Part shown: positions 1 to 9,097 of the stretch, in pieces
How positions within the stretch are numbered: the stretch's first letter is position 1
How the letters are laid out: each line of letters opens with the position of its first letter
Source: Paramicrosporidium saccamoebae KSL3
Taxonomy: Eukaryota; Fungi; Cryptomycota
NCBI GenBank assembly: GCA_002794465.1
Contig: MTSL01000213.1
Span: 1-28,576 of the forward strand
Length of the DNA stretch: 28,576 nt
Direction of reading: 5' to 3'
Translations under genes and position numbers: made by a program
Notes under the pieces: model-generated
Databases searched by the model: none
What the model was told of the DNA's origin: nothing
Seen by the model: only the letters and a program-made list of their open reading frames with translations

Positions 1-642
1 CGATATACGCACGCGATCCGTCGTTGGTGTGTACTGATGGGGTTCGTAAAATGGTGAGGTTCAGTTGGGGTGCGTGGAGGTACCATGTTCTGGAATGGCT
101 AGACCAGAAGTGTCAACAGAACGCAACCCGAGCCTGATCAACTACAGGATAGTAGACAATGCGGATCACTACGCAAATAAAACTCGCCCCAAACTAACTG
201 GGCTAGTGCTGTTCAATCATCTCACAGGTGCCATCACGAATACACGCGCTGCCCCTTTTTAGCGGATACCGACTAGCTTCGGTCCATCAGATCTTAAATT
301 CTCAAAAACCTGCCCAGCATTCTTCCCCAAACGACCGCATTACCAAGTACCATGGTAGCGCGTGTGGTAGACTGATCAGCAGGTCACTTACCCAGGACGA
401 AAAAGTCAAAGCCCGCCGATCATAAGCTCTCGCCTCTGATCTTTCCCTCCCTGTCCACTATAAACGGCATCGCCCAAGCTGTTGCGTTGTGGGTCGATTC
501 GCGTTTGAAAAATCCTTGCGCCTTGAATCGATCATTATTGCATATCAGTATAACCCATCACATACTAACACTACCTCTACGTGGGCTGTTGAGACACCAC
601 GTAACAATTATGATTGCCGAAGTTGACCAGTGATGTTGGTAA

Positions 643-1743
643 AGTATTGACGAGCCATTCTGCTACTTTACCATCCGTTACTGGGATCATACGTGTTATC
701 ATACTTTCCGACATGGCAGTCTTGATGCATTGAAATTGTTACACAGTATTAAGGAAATGCAATGCCCAGAATCGTGGCGGGTAAGTACGGCCGCCACATC
801 GGGGCATCTAGAAACCATCAAGTGGGTATTTGAAGAGTTTGGAACCAAGATAAATTGGAATGACGTAATTGCCAAGTCCTACACAAGCATCGACTCTCAT
901 GAAATCATCAGGTATCTCCAAGGTGAGGCCAAGATTTTATTGCCGCTTGAGGTAGATCTTGCGTTGTTGGCAAGGGAAGGCCGCTTGGAATAATTGCAGG
1001 CTAAATATACTGGTGCTGAATCAAAAGAAGATTTCCCATGGAAGGATGTAGCCAATGCCGCAGCTAGTTGTGGCCACGTTGAAATTCTCAAATGGGCTTA
1101 CAAAGAGTCCAGCACTCTTCGGGATGATGAATCTGTGGAGGCTGCCTGCAAAAGAGACAATTTCGCAGCTCTGCGCAACATGTTTGAAGCTTACACCAAT
1201 ATAATGGTGCCTGCAGACAAAATGCCTCGAGTTAGCACAAAGCGTATCCTCTACACCGCCATACACAATAAGCAGGAGGAAGTGGACTGGATATTAAAAA
1301 GCCATCTGAACAATGCGCCGCCAAGACTGGATAAGATTTAATACGATCAGAAACTTGTACCTGAAGACACATGGCTCCGCGTATTCAAATGGATTGCATC
1401 AAGGACAGAAAGCACTGTCAAAGTTGAATTAAGGCTGATGCAACGCGCTATTGAGAGCAACCATGAGCAAGTATCTCCCATAACTACAGACATTGTAGCA
1501 ACGGTCGTACTGGTTGGTAGCCTCAAAATTATCGAGACGATAATATACGCAAGCGATTCACCATCAGCGTGCGCCACAAAGATGACGAATATGGTAGCAA
1601 ATACTTCGCATGGGCGGAAGTACGATGCCTTGGATTGGATGTGGAAGACGTTTGCAATACTCCCAGCTAGACTGGGATGGGACGAGTATCTTTACAAATG
1701 GAAGGCAGACAAGCTCAAGCAGCAACGATCATTGTACAAATAA
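643..1743 (+). pseudogene. Ankyrin-repeat protein pseudogene (divergent xAxxGHLExLKW-type repeats)
   Basis: ORFs 730-993, 994-1341 and 1438-1743 share one frame, joined by in-frame TAA at 991-993 and 1339-1341 with no frameshift. Repeat cores FRHGSLDALKLL, AATSGHLETIKW, LAREGRLE*LQ, AASCGHVEILKW and ACKRDNFAALRNM have their central G/D at 715, 802, 979, 1072 and 1156 (about 29-31 aa period). Further stops lie at 631 and 640, downstream of ATG 610. Confidence 0.7.
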
Positions 1744-1824
1744 AGTTTATACTAAAAGAGTTAGGTCGACGCTAACACTGAGATTAGTACAGGTTGGGAA
1801 AAGTACAAGATTAAATTGCAGCAA

Positions 1825-1860
1825 TTGATATTGATATTGACACTGATATTGATATTGATA
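1825..1860. repeat. Microsatellite (TTGATA)x6, imperfect
   Basis: ttgata ttgata ttgaca ctgata ttgata ttgata read directly. Confidence 0.9.
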
Positions 1861-1884
1861 TGTACTGATCCGTAGGAAAATTGG

Positions 1885-1910
1885 TTATCCCCAAGGCCCG
1901 CTATGCGACA
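1885..1910 (-). mobile_element. Fragment (left-end module) of dispersed MITE-like element, copy R8
   Basis: Reverse complement TGTCGCATAGCG-ggcctt-GGGGATAA versus family left end TGTCGCGTAGYGGGGATAA. Confidence 0.55.
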
Positions 1911-1913
1911 TCA

Positions 1914-2001
1914 TTTATTGAATGTTTGTTGAATATTTATTGAATGTTTGTTGAATATTTGTTGAGCATTTGTTGGGTATTTGTTGAATATTTATTGAAT
2001 A
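1914..2001. repeat. 11-bp minisatellite x8 (TTTRTTGAATR) overlapping the stop codon of the NEDD1-like gene
   Basis: Units tttattgaatg, tttgttgaata, tttattgaatg, tttgttgaata, tttgttgagca, tttgttgggta, tttgttgaata, tttattgaata. The last unit (1991-2001) contains the minus-strand TAA at 1994-1992. Confidence 0.9.
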
Positions 2002-2730
2002 AATCGGGCCTTTAGTCTCTCATTCTCTTCTTGAAGAGCACGACATTCATCTGCAAGTTTTTTGAACGCATCGGGCATGGATGACAATATTTGTCTCAGC
2101 ATAGTCTATAATAATGAATGATCTAACGTGGTACTTGTTGCGCCAATGTCTGCTTAATGAGATCAACGTGAAGATTTTGGATATCGTTTCTGATTTCATG
2201 CATGCTTTCTGCAACCGACTTTTCGACCAAGGATCGAATCATTTCTGGCATCTGATTCTGCTCGCCGTCTCTGGGGAGTGTAAACTTTGGTCGCTCATCA
2301 AGGTCAATGCGAGTCTTATCTGCAGTGGAAGGGATAGGAAAGCGGTCGCGAATAGTCTCAGACTCTCTCAATGGAGCAGGAGTTTCGGGCGGTTTGCTAT
2401 AAGATAGACGCCCGGATATTGAGAGTCTTCCAAGCTTGTCGCTCGAAGTCTTTTCGTCGGCGTACCTCCGGAACGGAGTCTTTCCATACTCAGAAAAGTC
2501 CTCATTATCCGAGGAGGCCGCCGATGTGACATGGCGGGCGACGCTACTAGAGTGGGTGGGCGTGGCAGTTCGGGGTTGTATTTCAGCGACAGCTTCTCCC
2601 TTTAATTTGCTGGCGCCAACTGGAGAAAAAGAGGCCAAAGCTGCATGTGAGTTGCCAAGAATGAAATACCTGGATCAGGCCTAGAAGTGCCGATAGAGGA
2701 CGTGCGTGTTGAATACCCGCCGAGTGACAT
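1992..2730 (-). CDS. NEDD1/GCP-WD C-terminal-domain-like coiled-coil protein, 226 aa, 3 exons (2730-2670, 2640-2135, 2105-1992), no WD40 region
   Basis: Two 29-nt GT-AG introns (2669-2641, 2134-2106) restore a continuous frame ending MHEIRNDIQNLHVDLIKQTLAQQ|TMLRQILSSMPDAFKKLADECRALQEENERLKARFIQ*. This resembles the NEDD1 C-terminal NLHxDxIxQ...LxEENERL segment. The N-terminal part is Ser/Pro-rich and low complexity. Confidence 0.65.
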
Positions 2731-2731
2731 G

Positions 2732-4809
2732 TTATTTTTTATTTTTATTTACTTTTAAAATGGATTCAGTGGGCAAACTTTCCATATTGTACACAATGTC
2801 CTCACGATGATTAAATGTGCTGGGAATCGGGGCAAACTGACTTTTCTGGAGCATACGGTACTTTCGAAACACCAGAAGAGCAATAATTAGGATGAGCAAA
2901 GCAGCGCTAGCGACCAGAGTTGTCATGAGAAGAATTGGCGACGCCTCCACATCATCGCTAGCCACTCCCCGCCCAAGATCCCAAATGCCGTCCTTGTCAT
3001 CAAAGTATTCCGCGTTCGGAGGATAGTAGTTGCGCAGAAACGATTCTGCAAATACTTCATTAGATTCTATGACGTCCTTAGAAAGCGATCCCCAAAAGGA
3101 AATCCGAAAGTTTTCGAGAATCCCAGTGCCAGACGTCTTTGGCGAATTTTTCACCGTCAAGGACCACACACCTTGAATAGGTTCTCCCCAGAACGCCAGT
3201 GTCATCATAGTCCAGTCCCTGAGGCCTTTTGGACTAGTGTCCAAAGGACGACGGGTGGCAAGTGGAATGACAGTGCCGGATGGAGACTTTAGAAAAATTG
3301 TCAAATCCCCACGAGACGAATGCTTGATATTTAGTGTCACTGTGACCTGTTCCAGATTGCTAATATTTTCGAGATGCATGGAACGAATTACATTCTCATC
3401 AATCAAAAACTCTTTGACGGCCTCCTGGGATTTGGAAATTGCCAAATTGCATACAATTCGGGGCATTGACCGGACTGTCATCTTGTCCACGCTTTTCCAT
3501 GTCCTTGCAGCCTCTACAATTTTGTGGGCATCAACTTTGCCAAATCCAAATCTGTAGCTGTAAAGTCGTCCAGCGCCATTTCGGATCCATGAAGAGTCTT
3601 TGGGGCTAAACGAAACTGCAGTTTGTACGCAAATGTACCAAAGGTCCCGCCATGTGAGATTGGGATTGACTGAGAGCGCCAATGCCAAAATTCCCGCAAC
3701 CATGGGGGCTGCCGCCGAAGTCCCCCCATGCTTCAGGGTGCATCGATTGCCTCCGAGGTCTGTTGTTGGGATTTTATAATCCTCGTTGCTACTGTATGCA
3801 GTGACGAGCTGAGCACTGCATGGCTCCATGTACTTGGGCATTTTGTGATTCACATCGATCGCCCCTACAGTCAATGCAAATATTCCGTTTGCATAGCCAT
3901 CATAGTTGCAATTGTCCACCGATTTCCCATTCCCGGCGGCAAAGACATATATGGATCCCTTTCCACCACGACCATTCACAAGCCCATCTATAAAGGAGCG
4001 CAATACCAAAGCGTCGGGAGCGTCAATGGCCTTGCCATCGTCAGCAGGTCCCCAGCTGCAGGAATAAATGTGATTCTCGTGGTATTTGTGCACGACCGCC
4101 GCAGCTTCATTGGTGCTGGACACGGCCATGGACAGAATTCTAATGGCAGAGATTTGTGCCTCGGGACAAATGCCCACTCCGCAGATGCCATTGTCTGGTT
4201 TCGAGACTAACTGCCCGGCGCAGCGGGTTCCGTGGTGATCTCTCAAGGTTGGGTCGGGTACCGGAAGCAACTTTCCAGAGTTAAAGTCATAGGACAGGTC
4301 TTTTCGGAACGCATCCTTCAAATCTGAATGCTCATAGTCCACTCCTACAGAATCAATTCTCCCATGAAATTTGTACCGTCATCGATTAAACTAATCACGA
4401 CGCCCTTGCCCTTAACGCCCTTTTCCCAAACAGGACCAACATTGAGGTCATGTCCCGGTGTCTTCCGATTGAACAAGTACCATTGTTTGGAAAAGAGCGG
4501 ATCATTAAAGACTTTAGTATCTGTGCCCGCCGCCATGCGGGAGCTGAGAGAGTGCGTGCGGACATTATAGAGTGTCTTCTTTCTCTGCTTTAACCACTGA
4601 TACATTGCCACTCGACGCTTCAAGTCGACAACTTGAGCAAAGTCACACAGAATAGAGTGCGGCATCCAGGCCAGCACAGCGCAAGGAAACGAACGCGGGA
4701 GAACAAACTGTTCAGCAAACTCTACCACAACCGACCCGTGCGACAGTAACACATAGCTCAAAAAGAATAGACATGCAACTTTAAGAGACCATGGTACAGC
4801 CAGACGCAT
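2732..4809 (-). CDS. KEX2: Kexin/furin-like subtilisin proprotein convertase, 681 aa, 2 exons (4809-4377, 4344-2732)
   Basis: Signal peptide MRLAVPWSLKVACLFFLSYVLL from the first ATG (4809; the ORF-track start at 4833 is TTG). DPLFSKQWYL; catalytic IDDG|V (joined across a 32-nt intron 4376-4345), HHGTRCAG, GNG and GGTSAAAP; P domain with RGDL; C-terminal transmembrane segment. Confidence 0.95.
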
Positions 4810-4923
4810 AAGCCAGTGCAAGCCGAGATGCAATTTATGGCTTGCGATTCAGCCCCCCGATTTGGAATTTTGATAAATACATTCTTTGTGTGTGTTTAAA
4901 GTTATATTAGTTACCATCAGCTA

Positions 4924-5024
4924 TAATAGTGTCGCGTAGTGGGGATAATACCGCGGCCCAGTTTACTGCTAATTCTAGAATAGTATAGATACACATCACA
5001 TCTCACTGTCCTCAAATACCCAGC
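4924..5024 (+). mobile_element. Dispersed MITE-like element copy R1 (right end missing)
   Basis: TAATAGTGTCGCGTAGTGGGGATAA...GTTTACTGCTAATTCTAGAATAGTATAGATACAC...ATCTCACTGTCCTCAAATACCCAGC shares modules with the copies at 7405, 11607 and 16421. Confidence 0.8.
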
Positions 5025-5076
5025 AAAGCGATCCACAATTCACTCATCACCACAGAGCCATCTATTACACTCTTAC

Positions 5077-7353
5077 TCACATCCCCCCGCCGGCTGCTTT
5101 GGCAAATTCGGCCACTAGGGCTTGCTGTGTACTACTGGCAACAGGAGCATACGTTTTGTATTCCATGGAAAACTCGCCCTTTCCCTGCGTGAGGGAGCGA
5201 AGCTCGGTAGAATATCCAAACATGTTGTTGAGCGGAACGTCGGCAGTAATCACCAAAAAGTCGTCTTGGGTGTCCGTGTCCACAATAAGGCCCTTCTTCT
5301 TGTTGATAGTCCCCATCACTGCCCCTTGGAACTCAACTGGCACCGTAATGGACACTTTCATGATCGGCTCCAGAATGGCCGGTTTGGCCTTTGCAACAGC
5401 CTGGCGGAATCCTTGGATGGTTGCTGAACGGAACGAATATTCATTAGAGTCGACAACATGGGAAGATCCATCGAGCAAGACAATCCGAGTACCCACCACA
5501 GGATGGCCAATGATAGAGCCTTTCAAAGTCGCCTCGTTGAATCCCTTTTCGCACGCAGTAATGTACTCGGTCGGGATGGCTCCTCCAACCACTTGGTTGA
5601 CAAATACGTTATTAAACCTCGAAACGTCATCTGTGGCTTCGCCATACCAGTCACCGACCGGCTCAATGTATCCCGCCACACGTCCAAACTGGCCTGCTCC
5701 CCCCGACTGTTTCTTGTGGGTATAGTCGAATTCGGCCCGACTTGTAATGGTTTCTCGGAATGCAACCTGTGGTTTCCCAGTGGTGCAGGGACAATTATAC
5801 TCGCGTTTCATGCGCTCAACGTAAATTTCCAAATGAAGCTCGCCCATCCCAGAGATGATAGTTTCATGGCTCTCAGAATCAATGTGCACCCTAAACGTCG
5901 GATCCTCTTTTTGGAAACGCGCAAGTGCTTTGGTAAAATTGGGATTGTCCTTGGCAGTGGGCCGAATTGCAAGGGAAATGACCGGCTCTGGCACATGCAT
6001 GGGACTCATAGTGGCCCGGACAGTCCCATCAGTAAACGTATCGCCAGAGGCACATTCCACACCAAACATGGCGCAAATCTCTCCAGCGCCCACCTCGTCC
6101 ACATCCTCCATCTCGTTGGCATGCATCCGTACCAGACGGGGCACTTTGACCTTTTTTCCATTGGCCACATTGACAATATAAGCTCCGCGCACTAATTTTC
6201 CCTGGTAGATTCTCATATAGGTGAGCTGTCCAAACTTGCTCTCTTCAAGTTTAAAGGCCAGCCCTACAAAGGGGGCCTCTGAAACCGTGCTCATTTGAAG
6301 CTTTTCCTTGCTTTGGCAGTCGTATGCACTGTTAGTGACTTCGGCTGGGTTTGGGAGATAGTCAATCACACCGTTCAATAAAAGCTGCACTCCAACGTTT
6401 TTGTAAGCCGCCCCCATGAACACTGGGATCATTGACCTGGATATTGTTGCCCTTCGGATGGCAGCCTTTAATTCCTCAACCGGAGGATCCTGCTCCAGCA
6501 AGAAATATTCAGCAATCTGATCATCAACATTGGCAAGCACGCTCACAAGTTCGCTCCTCTTGGCTCGTGCCAAGGCTTTCAAGTCTTCTGGAATGTCTTT
6601 TTCTATAATCTGATCCCTAAACTGTTAGCACAACTAAGACGGTGAGCCGTACCCAAACGGACCGTGGAAATAGAGTGCCCGCTCCCTAACGAGATCCACA
6701 ACTCCAACATGGGCATCTTCAGTGCCAATGGGAATTTGCACCGCCGCTGCATTGTGCTTTAGTTTGCTGCGCATCTTGTCAATGACATTAAATGGATTGG
6801 CCCCCAGCCTGTCAAGTTTGTTGATAAAGGCGATCCGTGGAATGTCGTATCGCTTCATTTGACGATCAACAGTCATTGTCTGACTCTGGACTCCACTGAC
6901 TCCGCACAGTACAAGAATGGCACTATCCAAGACACGGAGAGCGCGCTCCACCTCAATGGTAAAATCCACATGTCCCGGAGTATCAATAATGTTGATATTC
7001 TTGCCAGTCCAATGGCAATATGTGGCAGCGGACTGGATGGTAATGCCCTTTTCGCGCTCAAGGTCCATACTGTCCATTTTGGCCCCAACTCCATCTTTTC
7101 CCCGTACCTCGTGTATCGAATCGATACGACCAGTATAATACAAAATGCGCTCCGTAAGAGTCGTCTTTCCAGAATCAATGTGAGCAGAAATTCCAATATT
7201 CCGCAGATTTTCTAACCGTGCCTACAATAAGAACTATTATGACATTGCTACTGCATCGACGATTGTTGAAGAGTTTCTCCCAAAAGAAACATTTCTCATC
7301 AGACGAAACCTTATGGGCCTGAATGAAGAATGTATAATTGTGAAAGAATACAT
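5077..7353 (-). CDS. MEF1: Mitochondrial translation elongation factor G1, 736 aa, 3 exons (7353-7252, 7221-6653, 6616-5077)
   Basis: [40 protein letters not shown]; domain [13 protein letters not shown] and domain [16 protein letters not shown]. Introns of 30 nt (7251-7222) and 36 nt (6652-6617, with GCTAAC branch site) restore the frame. The Arg/Ser-rich presequence [20 protein letters not shown] is consistent with mitochondrial targeting. Confidence 0.95.
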
Positions 7354-7404
7354 TGTGGGAAGATGAGCCAGGGATGAGGTAGATGGTGGATGTCTTGAGA
7401 GCAT

Positions 7405-7530
7405 GTGTGACGTAGAGGCCGAGGCAGAGGATTGATTAGTTGGGTATTTGACGTAGAGGATTGATTAGTTGCTGGGTATTTGAGGGCAGTGAGATGTGTA
7501 TCCATACTATTTATCCCCGCTACGCGACAC
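7405..7530 (-). mobile_element. Dispersed MITE-like element copy R2 (short form, both ends present)
   Basis: Reverse complement GTGTCGCGTAGCGGGGATAAATAGTATGGATACACATCTCACTGCCCTCAAATACCCAGCAACTAATCAATCCTCTACGTCAAATACCCAACTAATCAATCCTCTGCCTCGGCCTCTACGTCACAC. Confidence 0.85.
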
Positions 7531-7745
7531 ATGCATCACAAGATATTCATGTGAAAGGATCAATTATACCATTTTATTGAGACACAAACCTCACACGGAA
7601 TCCCACAGTACACTAATCCACTACTGTGTAACAGATGGACAGTTTTACTTGAATCTCTGCTAATTATTACATTACTCCCGCCTTTCAATTTAACAACCCC
7701 CTAATTCCCTAATCCCCTACTCCCCTAATCCAACTCCCCTCAGTC

Positions 7746-8797
7746 TCAATGGGCGTGGGAACGGGCAAACTCTTCACCTTTTCGTATGTCCTTTGCCAAG
7801 TCTGCCAGGGCAGTTTTGAGGAGCTCCTTCTCGTAGGGAGAGAGGTTTTCAGGCAAAATCGACTTGACTGAGCCGTTAGGGCCAAGCTTTACCTCTGATG
7901 CAAAGTATCCAGTCTCAAATGCATCAGTTTTGACAAAGGCCACGGGATTCACAGAGGAGACGCCATCAATGACGGCTACAAAGGAGTCGTAAAACTCTTT
8001 GGCCGCAAAGGCCATGCTCAGAGTTGCCGATCCTGCCCCCGCTTTGGCCTTGACAACCTCGTCTCCTCCGTATTGGATACGTTGCACCAGGCTCTTGCTT
8101 TCCTCTTCAGTAAACTTTACCGAGGCGGTAGAGAGGATGGGCACAATGGTGGGGCCAGAGTGGCCTCCAACTACCTTGACCGTCACATCAGTAGGGTTTA
8201 GACCCTTCATCTCGGCAATAAACGTACGGGCGCGAATAATGTCCAGAGTAGTGACGCCAAAGACGTTCGGCTGAGCAACACCCAACGACTTCATCGTCTC
8301 ATAGGCAATTGGCACCGTCGAGTTGACCGGGTTCGAGATGATGAGTACGTGGGCCGACGGACAGTACTTTGCACACGCCGCAACGAGATTGCGAACAATT
8401 GAGGCGTTAATGTTGAACAGATCATCACGCGTCATTCCCGGCTTGCGGGGTACGCCAGCGGGGATGATAACCACATCGGCCTTGTCCAACGCATGCGGCA
8501 ATTCCCCCTCGCCAGAGAAGCCCTTTACCCGGGATGCGGTGGGAATGTGCGCCAAATCTGCAGCCATTCCCATGTTGGCAATGTCGTACAAGGCGAGGTC
8601 CGAAATTCGAGACTTGGCGTCACTCTTCAGCAGCAGGGAAAGAGGCTGGCCAATTCCACCAGCAGCCCCCAGCACCGCAACCTTGCGAAGTTTCCCGGTC
8701 GAATACATTGCCGAGCCTCTGATCTAAGGACTCAATGCGTCAGCATACCAAGTACCGGAACGTGTCGAGACAAAGAGCCAACAAAGGTTGCACGCAT
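7746..8797 (-). CDS. MDH1: Mitochondrial NAD-dependent malate dehydrogenase, 339 aa, 2 exons (8797-8756, 8723-7746)
   Basis: KVAVLGAAGGIGQPLSLLLK, IPAGVPRKPGMTRDDLFNINA, ISNPVNSTVP, LDIIRA, GGHSG, AKAGAGSATLSMA. A 32-nt intron (8755-8724, GCTGAC branch site) adds the presequence MRATFVGSLSRHVPIRGSA. Confidence 0.95.
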
Positions 8798-8830
8798 GAA
8801 TCCTGCACTGTTTAATTACGGAAAATTGTG

Positions 8831-9063
8831 ATTGGGTGACCAATCTCTTCGACAGACTCGCGGAACATAGTCAAGTTCCCATCTGAAATGCCATTGGTTC
8901 AACCAGGACGGTTGTGATTGGTGACCGCCGACTACTGGAGGATTGCTAATTGGAGGGACTGATAGCTGCTCGTGTACTGAATCTGGTTGGTTAGGAGACT
9001 GCATTCACACGTAATCGGACGAATCACAATGCAGATTGGGTGCGTCCAGACCTTGACTATAAT
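8831..9063. promoter_or_regulatory. Divergent promoter with six CCAAT/ATTGG boxes and a TATA-like TATAAT
   Basis: ATTGG at 8831, 8893, 8917, 8949 and 9035; CCAAT at 8840; TATAAT at 9058, about 35 nt upstream of ATG 9098. Confidence 0.5.
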
Positions 9064-9097
9064 AGAATGCTCAAGCTAGCACCGGTATCCACGATCC

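Noticed and set aside
1-642. Short ORFs 65-262 and 228-425, and a GTAAGT donor-like site on the minus strand near 390
   Set aside because: No recognisable protein motif and no consistent exon structure could be assembled.
991-1341. Reassignment of TAA to an amino acid (alternative genetic code) to explain the in-frame stops
   Set aside because: TAA terminates kexin, the NEDD1-like gene, protein A, the CTLH gene and BUB1, and does not occur inside any of the long conserved ORFs. Nonsense mutation is the simpler explanation.
3237-8831. Long antisense or alternative-frame ORFs (e.g. 3728-4210, 5099-5725, 5458-6195, 8323-8727)
   Set aside because: Shadow ORFs of conserved genes (kexin, EF-G, MDH) with no independent motifs. 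The same applies to the antisense ORFs over USP7, the oxygenase-like gene and BUB1.
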